From Chiloscyllium plagiosum (lineage: Eukaryota), in NCBI RefSeq assembly GCF_004010195.1, contig NC_057751.1, positions 12,945,399-13,009,398 on the forward strand: DNA of 64,000 bases, read 5' to 3'. Of this stretch, positions 1 to 10,366 are shown in pieces. Under the pieces are notes generated by a model that saw only the letters and a program-made list of their open reading frames with translations, was not told where the DNA came from and did not search any database. Both the position numbers and the translations under genes were made by a program. The stretch's first letter is position 1, and each line of letters opens with the position of its first letter.

Positions 1-124
1 ATGAAGGGCTTTTGCCTGAAATGTCAATTTCGAAGCTCCTTGGATGCTGCCTGAACTGCTGTGCTCTTCCAGCACCACTAATCCAGAATCTGGTTTCCAG
101 CATCTGCAGTCATTGTTTTTACCT
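1..124 (+). mobile_element. Penelope-like element terminal repeat (pLTR) fragment, cut by the window start
   Basis: Shares gctccttggatgctgcctga..ctgctg..cttccagca..ccagcatctgcag with the copies at 32877-32993, 55472-55636 and 62480-62572; begins with a decayed hammerhead motif (atgaagggcttttgcctgaaatgtc). Confidence 0.7.
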
Positions 125-348
125 TGTTAATCCAGAAATCCCTGTAATGTTCTGAGGAGCTTTGTTTGAATCCCACCATTGCAGGTGGTGGAATTTGAAT
201 TCAATCGGGAAAAAAATCTGACCTACATTTGACTCCAGATCCAAAACAATGTGGTTGACTCTCAAATGCCCTTTGGGCAATTAGGGATGGGCATTAAATG
301 CTGGCCTAGCCAGTGATGACCTCATGCCATGAATGAATAAAAGAAAAG
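125..348 (+). mobile_element. SINE with a LINE-derived 3' tail
   Basis: B-box-like gtttgaatccc; tail ggcaattagggatggg..gccagtga..catgaatgaataaaa shared with the LINE ends at ~18500 and ~54440-54497 and with the minus-strand copy at 60255-60598. Confidence 0.6.
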
Positions 349-1664
349 TACAAGCCAAGACTTTGCAGAAGGTTACATGTGCTACTGCAGTGGCTTCTGG
401 TTCTAGATTCGAAGAGAATAATAGTACTGGTCTGAAGGATCATATCAGACAACCTGATGCCAATCCCATTAGGGAAACAGTAGTGTGACATCTGAACAGT
501 GGAATAGGAACACCATGGTAACCCCATTACACAACAACAACACTAGTCAAATGGTTTTAATGGAGAAAAAGTGGCAGCCAATTTGCACACAGCAATGAGA
601 TTTTTTTTTATTCGTTAGTTTAACAACTCAGCTAGAAAACAGAACCTTTGATGGTGCACCATCACATCAACACAACAATATAGTTTTGAGCTGGCATTTG
701 AATTAACAATGTGGACTCAGGAGATAAGAATGCCAGCTTTAAACCATGGTTGACAGATTAGAAAAAGACACAATAAGAAGCTCGTCACATGTCTCTGATG
801 TGAAACAGCTTTCCACATTGCCCAACTATTCTTCCTAGAGAAAATGCTCTGAGAGGAGACAAGCAACAAACAGAAACAGATTTCCCGAGCAGTAGTGTAT
901 TTTAGCAATGATATTAGAAACACCTTGAGCTGTAATACCATTTACATTAAAAGTGAGACATTGAAAAAGTATACTGCCTTTTGATTAAACTTTCATTTTC
1001 AATTGTGCCATCTTTGAGTGAGATTCAAGGCCATCTCCTATGATGATGATGCACTAAAGCTCCTTTCACAGAATTTAGATGGTGATTGTACTTCTTATTC
1101 ATTCTATAATTCAGAATCTGGAACAATTTGTTCCTATTTTATTCAAAAGCCCAGTCACACATCAAGGCTGTGGTCTCAGCATAACAGGAAAGGTTTCAGT
1201 GACTCTACTGCTTTCATTTTGCTGCTTCTGAGCAACGTAGGCGAATGGAGCAAGGAGATAAAGATTGAGGTCAGTAAAAGGTACATTTCAAATCTTTGTC
1301 AGCAAGTTTCACTTCATACTGACAGGGCACTATGAACTAAGGTGGGTTGGACCCTCTCATTGATTTATTGATTAACCTCAGAAGGAAATGAACATTGAGG
1401 CAGATGCACAAAGGAAGTTTTTTTGATGTAACATTTTCAATCAAAGTTGAAATGACTTCCATAGAATGAAGAAAGTGTGAAACAGACACCTGGAGAAACA
1501 TCACAGGGGGTGATTAACACCAATCTCCAGGGTATCTGTCTGTGATCTGCCAATGTTCAATAATACAATTAAGGATGTATCACAGACTCTCAACCTTACT
1601 GTGTCTTGACACTCACACATTGGAAGCCTCAAGGTTTGTCTAAAGATTTGTAGTTCGGATGCCA

Positions 1665-2057
1665 GTTGTTTGCTTGTGGATATGTTAGCTGGGAAGTTGA
1701 TTTGCAGATGTCTCATCCCCTGTCTAGGTGACATCTTGAGTGCTTTGGAGCTTCCTGTGAAGCACTGCTGTATCTTCTGGAATTTATTTGGTTCTGTTCC
1801 TGCTGCTTCCGGTTGCTGGTTTTGGTACACCAATATTAACTAACCACTAAACACCACGGCCAGCTGTTACTCGTAGCCATACACACAGACCACAAATTCA
1901 ACTGGGACAACACAATGACCATAGGACAAGTTAAACATAGGACAGCCAGAGAATTTCTAGAAGTATGGCACTCAGCTACAGGCTCCACCAACAAACACAT
2001 TGACCGAGAACCAAGTCTGCAAATCAACTTCCCAGCTTAGCAAACATACCCACAACC
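1665..2057. mobile_element. Penelope-like remnant: inverted terminal repeat plus a + strand endonuclease C-terminal fragment
   Basis: agctgggaagttgatttgcaga (~1687-1708) is inverted at tctgcaaatcaacttcccagct (~2016-2037); the intervening + frame reads HKFNWDNT..AREFLEVWHS..NKHID, typical of a PLE GIY-YIG tail. Confidence 0.65.
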
Positions 2058-3290
2058 ATGGCGTGTTGGAAGGCTCTGTGAAGATCCCAATTTCTGGATC
2101 AGAAATTCCCGGTTCAAGTCCTTTCTTGGGCTTAACAGCCATAGAAGATGAGTCACAATGCAGTCAAATTTATCATCCGTAATTCCATCTGCGACACCTC
2201 TACAATGTCACAAGAGTGGGTGAATTTCCTGCTCAGTGAGAACTATATGGGAGCTGAAGCCTCCCTCAGATAGCAAATTCTACTGGTTTTCCATCAGCAA
2301 GTGCATTCCTCATGCTAATGATTTGACATTTTCATTCTTGAGGTTTTGGGGTGGAGAATAGAGAAAAAGTTCACTGCCTTTTAATGGGCATATTTTAACC
2401 GATTAGGAAATTATCTGAAGGCGTTCTCCTGCTAGTCATTCGTAAAGCTGGAGGAACAGCTACAGAAAGAAAAATCAATGGCTCTTCCACATCATTTCAT
2501 CTATCATTTCCTATCTCAGGCCCAGCAGTGTTTGATAGGGACAGTGCAGAGGGAGGATTACTCTGTATCTAATCCCGTGCTGTCCCTGTCTTGCGAGTGT
2601 TTGATAGGGACAATGTAGAGAGAGCTTTACTCTGTATCTAACCCTGTGCGGTCCTTGTCCTGGGAGTGTTTTTGTAGGGACAATGTAGAGGCATCTTTAC
2701 TCTGTGTCTAACCCCATTCTGTCCCTGTCCTGGGAGTGTTTGATGGGTACGGTGTAGAAGGAGCTTTACTCTGTATCTCACCCTGTGCTGTCCCTGTCCT
2801 GAGAGTTTTTGCTGAGGACAGTGAAGAAGGAGCTTTGCTCTATATCTAACCCTATGCTGTCCCTGTCCTGGGAGTGTTTGATGGGGGATAGTATTGGGGA
2901 AGCGTTACTCTGTATCTAACCCTGTGCTGTTCTGGGAGTGTTGGCTGAGACAGTGTGGAGGGTACTCTGCATCTAACCCAATGCTGTCCCTGTCCTGGGA
3001 ATGTTTGATGGGTACAAGATTGAGGGAACTTTACTCTGTATCTAACCCAGTGCTGTCCATGTCCTGGGAATGTTTGATGGTGGACAGTGTAGAAGGAGCT
3101 TCACTCTCTATTTAACCCCATACTGTCCCTGTCCTGGGAGTGTTTGATGGGGACAGTGCATAAGGTGCTTCACTCTGTATCCAAACTCATGCTGATCATG
3201 TCCTGTAAAATGTAGAGAAAGCTTTACTCTGTATCTAACACCATGCTGTCCCCGTCCTGGGAGTGTTTGATGGGGACAGTGTAGAAGGAG

Positions 3291-4025
3291 TCGAAAAGTG
3301 TGGCGCTGGAAAAACACAGCTGGTCAGGCAGCATCTGAGGAGCAGGAGAGTCGACATTTCGGGCATAAGCCATTCATCAGGAATGTGAGGGGAAGGGAAG
3401 GGGGCTGAGAGATAAATAGGAGAATGGGATGAGGCTGGGATAAGATAGCCAGGAAGGCGATAGCAAGATGTAGTTGGAGAGTGATAGTGATAGGTCGAAG
3501 GGGAGGGTGGAGTGGATAGGTGGGAAGGATGATGGACAGGTAGTACAGTTCAAGAGGGTGGTGCCAAGTTGGAGGGTTGGATTTGGAAGGAGTTGGGGGG
3601 AGAGAAGATTAGGAAACTGGTGAAGTCAATGTTGATGCCGTGTGTTTGAAGTGTCCCAAGGCGGAAGATGAGGCATTCTTCCTCCGGGTATTGGGTGGCA
3701 TGGATTTGGCGGTTGAGGAGGCCTAGGACTTGCATGTGCTTGGCAGAGAGGGAGGGTGAGCTGGAGTGGTCAGCCATAGGGCAGCGGGGTTGTTTGGTGC
3801 ATGTGTCCCAGGGATGTTCCCTGAAACATTCTGGGAATTGGCATCCAGTCTCCCCAATATAGAGGAGACCATATTGAGAGCAATGGATACAGTAGCTGAG
3901 CTGTTTGGATGTGCAAGAAAATCTCTGCCGGATGTGGAAGGATCCTTTGGGGCCTTGGATGGAGGTGAGGGAGGAGGTGTGGGTGCAGGATTTGCACCTC
4001 CTGCAGTGGAAAGGGAAGGTGCCGG
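3291..4025 (-). mobile_element. 5'-truncated Penelope-like element (GIY-YIG endonuclease fragment plus pLTR) inserted in the 70-bp array
   Basis: ORF 3550-4098 contains FSCTS..YCIHCS..LLYIGETG..FREH; pLTR with hammerhead motif at ~3349-3386; flanked by gaaggag at 3284-3290 and 4026-4032. Confidence 0.85.
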
Positions 4026-4755
4026 GAAGGAGCTTTACCATGGATCTAACCCCATGCTGTCCCTGTCCTGGGAGTGTAGAAGCAGCTTTACTCAACATCT
4101 ATACCCATGCTGTCCCTGTTCTGGGAGAGATTGATGGGCACAGTCTAGAAGGAGCTTTACTTTGTATCTAACCTGTGCTATCCCTGTGTTCGGAGTGTTT
4201 GATAGAGACAGTGTAGAGAGAGCTTTACTCTGTATCTTACCCTGTGCTGTCCCTGTCATGGGAGCGGTTGACGGGAGACAGAATGGACGGAGTTTTACTC
4301 TGTATCTAACCCTGTGCTGTCCCTGTCATGGGAGTGTTGATGGGGGACAGTGTAGCGGGAGCTTTACTGTGTATCTAACCCCATGCTGTCCCTGTCCTGG
4401 GAGTGTTTGATGGGAACAATACAGAAGGAGCTTCACTCTGTATCTAACGCCGTGCTGTCCTTGTCATGGGAGCATTTGATGGGGGACAATGTAGAGGGAG
4501 ATTTACTCTGCACATAACCCTGTGCTGTCCCTGGCCTGGGCATGTCTGATGGGGGACAGTGTAGAGCGAGCTTTACTCTGTATCTAATCCTGTGCTGTCC
4601 CTGTCATGGGAGCATTTGATGGGGGACAGTGTAGAGCGAGCTTTACTCTGTACATAACCCTGTGCTGTCCCTGGCCTGGGCATGTCTGATGGGGGACAGT
4701 GTAGAGCGAGCTTTTGGATGTGAACATAGGAGGTATAGTTAGTAAGTTTGCAGAC

Positions 4756-6167
4756 CAGCCAGTACAATAGCCAAAATTTAACAAAAGAAAAAATACAGAG
4801 AGAAAAAAAACAAACTAACTACTAATTAACTACTAATCTAACCTACAACTAACCAGAGTGTATATTAAAGTCTCTTACATTATTCAAATAAGAGAGAGGG
4901 AAAAAAAACCCCAAAAAAACGGATAACATAGAAATTGGGTAGTGAGATATATGCTCGGAATGTGTTAACATCAAATATAACAAAACCCGTATTCGTGCGG
5001 GATTCCTCTCCTAAGGGGCCCCAGACCAACCAGGTTCGTAATCTCAATTAAATAAAAGCCCTTGTTAGGATAGCCGAAATATCTGTATTTATGTAATTCA
5101 AGAAGGGCTGCCATATTTTATAAAATAATTCGGTCTTTCGGTGCACCATATTTGTAAGGAAGTCAAGGGAGATACATTCCATAATTAACCTGTGCCAATC
5201 TGAAAGTCCAGAGGGCCCTCAAGCTACCCAGTTTACCAAAATATTTTTCCTTGCACAGAAAGAGAGAATAGAAAATAGTCTCTTCCCATACATGTGCAGG
5301 GAGGGAAAGTTCGAAAAGCCCAAAAGGAGAGATACAGGGTCCACTTTAATTTCTGTTCCTAGAATTTCTGTCAGGGTACTTGCTACTTTAATCCAATATC
5401 TACGGATCTTATGACAGGTCCATAGGCAATGTACAAGAGTGCCCACCTCTATTTTACATTTGGGACACATTGGAGATGCTCCTGCCTTAAATTTTGCCAA
5501 TCGATCCGGTGCTATATGGGCCCTATGAAGTATCTTCAGCTGGATAGGCTGAGTTCTGTTACAGATAGTAATTCTTATAGCTTTTTCCCAAATGTCATTC
5601 CATGTTTCTATGGAGATTTCTAGTCCCAAATCCTGATCCCATGTTTTAAGCAGATTATCCCTATCTCCTGATACTTCATCATGTAGTAAATGATAAATAG
5701 TACTGACGGAAGATACCCCCATTGGTCGTAGCACTCTACATTCTGATTTATAAAGACTATCTAATAACGTAGTCTTCTTCTGTATATAGTCTCGAATTTG
5801 GAACTATCGATAGAGGTCTCCATTAGGTAATCCGAATTTCTGATGCAGCTGTTCAAAAGACATCAAGACCCCATCTTTAAATAGGTCCCCTAGACATGAG
5901 ATACCCCCGGATCTCCAGAGTTTAAAAGTGGCATCTGTAAACCCCGGTTGGGATCCCCATGCTCCCACTATCGGTGTATATGGGGATGTTTTATGTGAGT
6001 TGCCCTCATTTTGCCGCATTATATTCCAAGCTTTAATTGTGTTTAGTATTATAGGGTTTTTACAGTGATCTGTAATGATTTTCCTCTTGTCTGAAAATAA
6101 AAGGTTAATAAGTGGGCATTTTACTTGAGAAGCCTCGATGTCCAGCCACATTGATTGTGGATCAGAC
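4756..6167 (-). mobile_element. Fish-type L1/Tx1-clade LINE, 3' part of ORF2 and 3' UTR (pseudogenised)
   Basis: One reading frame from ~6167 to 5048 with two in-frame stops (5804, 5219); zinc knuckle CPKC..GTLVHCLWTC and C-terminal FYKIWQPFL; T-rich 3' UTR on the minus strand. Confidence 0.85.
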
Positions 6168-7965
6168 AAGACTTTACTCTGTATCTAACCCTGTGCTGTC
6201 CCTGTCATGGGAGCATTTGATGGCCGACAGTGTAGAGCAAGCTTTACTCTGTATATAACCCCACGCGTCCTTGTCCTGGAAGTGTTTGAAGGGGGATAGT
6301 GTAGAGAGAGCTTTACTCTGTATCTAACACCGTGCTGTCCCTGTCATGGGAACGTTTGATGGGGGACAGTATGGAGAGAGCTTTACTTTGTATGTAACCC
6401 CGTGCTGTTCTTGTCCTGGGAGTGTTTGATAGGGACAATGTGGATGGAGCTTTACTCTGTATCTAACCCCGTGCTGTCCCTGTCCTGGGAGTGTTTGATG
6501 GGGGACAGTGTAGCGAAGCTTTACTCTGTATCCAACCCTATGCCTTTCCTGTCCCTAGAGTGTTTGATGGGGGACAGCGTGGAGGGAGTTTTACTCTGTC
6601 TATAACCAGGTGCTATCCCTATCCTGGGAGTGTTTGATAGGAAACAGTGTAGAGAGAGCTTTATTCTGTATCTAACCCCATGCTGTCCCTGTCCTGAGAG
6701 TGTTTGATGGGGGACATTGTGGAGAAAGTTTTACTTTATATAACCTCGTGCTATCCCTATCCTGGGAGTGTTTGATGGGAAACAGTATAGAGAGAGCTTT
6801 ACTCTGTATCTAATCCCATACCGTCCCTGTCCTGAGAGCATTTGATGGGGCAACAGTTAGAAGAACTTTACTCTGTATCAAATCCTGTACCGTCCCTATC
6901 CTGAGAGTGTTTGATGGGGGACAGTGAGGAGGGAGCTTTACTCTGTATCTAACTCCGTGCTGTCCCTGCCCTGGGAGCGTTTGATGGGGGAACAGTGTAG
7001 AGAAAGTTTTACTTTGTATCTAGCCCTGTGCTGTCCCTGTCCCGAGAATGTTTGATGGGGGACAGCGTGGAGAGAGTTTTACTCTGTGTATAACCATGTG
7101 CTATCCCTATCCTGGGAGTGTTTGATGGGAAACAGTATAGAGAGAGCTTTACTCTGTATCTAATCCCATACCGTCCCTGTCCTGAGAGTGTTTGATGGGT
7201 GAACAGTGTGGAGGAAGCTTTACTCTGTATCTAACCCTGTGTTGTCCCTGTCCTGTGAGCGTTTGATGGGGGAACAGTGTAGACGAAGTTTTACTTTGTA
7301 TCTAACCCCATGCCATCTCTGTCCTGAGAGTGTTTGATGGGGCGAGCACAGTATGGAGAAAACTTTACTCTGTATCTAATCCCGTGCTGTTCCTGTCCTG
7401 GGCGTTTGATGGGGGACAGTGTGGAGGGAGCTTTTCTCTGTATCTAATCCCATATCGTCCCTATCATGGGAGTATTTGATGGGACAGTGTGGAGGGAGTT
7501 TTACTCTGTATCTAACCCCGTTCTGTCCCTGTTTTGGGAGCGTTTGATGGGGGAATATTGTAGAGGAATTTTTACTTTATCTAACCCCATGCCATCCCTG
7601 TCTTGAGAGTATTTGTTGGGGGACAGTGTGGAGAGAGCTTTACTCTGTATCTAATCCCATGCTGTCCCTGTCCTGGGAGTGTTTGATGGGGATCGTATAG
7701 AAGGAGCTTGTTTCACCTGGGACTGTTGCATGCCAAAACTTGGTGAACCAGCAAACTGGAAAAGAAATTCAAAGTTCTGCTCCTTGATCAACCCGAAGTT
7801 TGTGCAGTTATACTTCTCTGAAAAATGATATCCTTGTTAAGGCTGACAAGCCCTGTGCCTGATTCAACACAAATGTTTTCTCATTTCATCCACCCACACA
7901 CAATACTAACAACTCAAAGAAGAATACATTTCTGTGGCTGATGTCTCTGCAGGGCTGTTCAATAA

Positions 7966-8109
<144 letters not shown>

Positions 8110-8649
8110 TGATTGAAATCCACAATGCCCACAATATGCAGCCTGTAACACGTTAAGACTGGCTTTCCTATTTACTTCAACTTTGCTTCAACTTTGAGCT
8201 GCCAAAGTGCATTTTGATGGGCTAATACCAACACCAAATTGGAATGCAGTGTACACAACGTAGTTCTAGATGACCTGTTCAGCTATCTGCTCAATACTGT
8301 GTGCTACATAGCTTTAATTTAAACTGGGGTTTTTCAGAGATTGTGTCAATTAACCTTGTAGTTTGTGAGCCCTCTATTCCAGGTCTCCTGGGTGCAAGTG
8401 TAAGAGATATTGAATTGAGTATCCATCACTTTTCACTACCTCAGCTGCTTAGAGAAGGTGTAGTTGGAGCTTTAGAGACCACTACATTAATGGCCACCAG
8501 GAAAAATACTTGTCTTTCATTTTTTACTGAGTCCCACATTTGTGAAAATCACTGAATGGTTCATTAAGACCAGACTGTTTAACCAAAGACATGCTCTGTC
8601 CAAAGCAACTTAACTTGCAAAATCTTACCTGTTGCCAAACAACATTTCA

Positions 8650-8961
8650 GAGAATTCCTGCAGTATGGGAGCAGGCCATTCAGCCTATCAAGTCCATACC
8701 ACCCTTCTAATAGCCCTACCTATCCCTGTATTTCCCATGGCTAACTCACCTAACCTGCACAACTGTGTATAGTATGTGCAATTTACTATGTCCAATCCAC
8801 CCTAACCTGCACATCTTTGAACTGTGGGAGGAAACCGGAGCAACCGGAGGAAACCCACACTGACACGGGGAGAATGTGCAAACTCCATACAGTCACCTGA
8901 GGCTGGAATTGTAACCAGGTCCCTGGCGCTGTGAGGCAGCAGTGCTTACCACTGAGCCACC
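8650..8961 (-). mobile_element. HE1-like V-SINE
   Basis: Minus strand reads tRNA-like head ggtggctcagtggtaagcactgctgcctcacagcgccagggacc, then V-domain tggagtttgcacattctcccc..ggtttcctcc, then a CR1-like tail. Confidence 0.85.
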
Positions 8962-9051
8962 AAAATTGCTGGAAAATCTCAGCAGGTCTAGCAACATCTG
9001 TGGAGAGAAATCAGAGTTAATGTTTCAGGTCCAGTGATCATTCTTCAGAAC
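8962..9051 (-). mobile_element. Penelope pLTR fragment with a decayed hammerhead motif
   Basis: Reverse complement reads gttctgaagaatgatcactggacctgaaacattaac; the same motif family occurs at ~61576-61611. Confidence 0.55.
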
Positions 9052-9332
9052 TCGGTCATTTAATATTTACCATCTGTCAATGGATTTGGTACAATTTGGG
9101 AAACTGAGTATTCACAAGAATGAGGATCAATAAAACATTCTGTGTTGTGAACCAATGTCGTGTACCATGGTGAATGAGCAGAATGTTTGGTTGAATCCCT
9201 GATTAAATTGAAGAAAAGGACTGAAAAAGACTGCAAGGTGTTACGACAATATTTGTCCCATAAGGAGTTTATATTTATTGAGGAGATAGCAAACTCCAAC
9301 TGGGACTTGGTTCATTGTTACACAGTAATAGG

Positions 9333-9890
9333 AACCAGGTTCCCTGTCGCAGTTCCCTGTCTCTGACACCTCCCTCCCCTCCTCCCACTCTACCTCCTGC
9401 AAAAATGCTATTTCATATTCCCAATTCCTTCGCCTCTGCCGCATCTGCTCTCAGGAGGACCAATTCCACCACAGAACACACCAGATGGCTTCCTTATTTA
9501 AAGACCAAAATTTCCCCTCCCACGTGGTTGAAGATGCCCGCCAACGCATCTCATCCACGTCCTGCACCTCTGCACTTGAACCCCACACCCCGCTTTCTGC
9601 AAAGACTGTTCCCTCCGCAACTACCTGGTCAGGTCCATGCCCCCTAACAACCCACCCTCCCCTCCCAGCACCTTCCTTTGCCAAAGCAGGAATTGCAAAA
9701 CCTGCGTGCACATGTCCCCCCTTACCTCCATCCAAAGCCCCAAAGGAGTCTTCCACATCCATCAAATTTCACTCTAACATCCACCAATATCATTTATTGC
9801 ATCCGTTGCTCCCGATGCGGTCTCCTCTACATTGGGGAGACTGGATGCCTTCTCGCAGAGCGCTTTAGGGAACATCTCTGCACAACCCAT
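9333..9890 (+). mobile_element. Penelope-like element fragment (RT C-terminus to GIY-YIG)
   Basis: Frames give SQFLRLCRICSQED, MASLFKDQNFP and IIYCIRCSRCGLLYIGETG..ERFREHL; homologous to 61612-62260. Confidence 0.85.
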
Positions 9891-10366
9891 TAGAGCCTAA
9901 CACTTTGTACAATCAATACCTTCGACCTGAATTTACCATCTGCAGTCCTCTTAAGGTATATGCATAGAAACACTTTGACATCTCATTACTCAGCATGCGT
10001 CATGAGGCTGTGTTGGCTTCATGAGGCTTTGACCTGGCATCCGTGGTGTAATTTCACTGTGGGTGATAGAAATTTAATTACCTGCTTTGCATTTCAACTA
10101 ATTTTCTTCACTATTGACCAAGAAAAATCTTTCTGTTGTTTGAATTATGTAAAGAAATTCGCCACTTGTTTTCTCAGTCCGCTTACAATTTTGAAGCCTC
10201 ATTGTCAATGAATTTTTCTGATTATCTTTTGCCAGCAGATCTGAGCAAAGGCAATTGCTTCAGAAGAGCATGCACTCTTCAAAACCATTTTCTTTGAAGG
10301 ACTTCTCCAGCTTTTTACTGTTTTGAACAGCGAAGGGATTTGTTGAAAGGGTTTTATGCTTGATTA

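Larger units (their letters stand above)
2527..7709. repeat. ~70-bp tandem repeat array, interrupted by two retroelement insertions
   Basis: Consensus ctttactctgtatctaaccctgtgctgtccctgtcctgggagtgtttgatgggggacagtgtagagggag repeated dozens of times with moderate divergence. Confidence 0.95.

Noticed and set aside
1018..1335. ORF with SYDDD, resembling the tetraspanin YYDDLD exon expected upstream
   Set aside because: No DFVQ-like ending, no matching splice sites and no further similarity; the upstream exon probably lies before the window.
2894..6605. Cys-rich ORFs such as TPCCPCPGSV and LYSVSNPVLSLSWECL
   Set aside because: Translations of the 70-bp satellite.
8900..8961. tRNA-like sequence with A and B boxes
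   Set aside because: It is the head of an HE1-like SINE continuing into a V-domain, not a complete cloverleaf.
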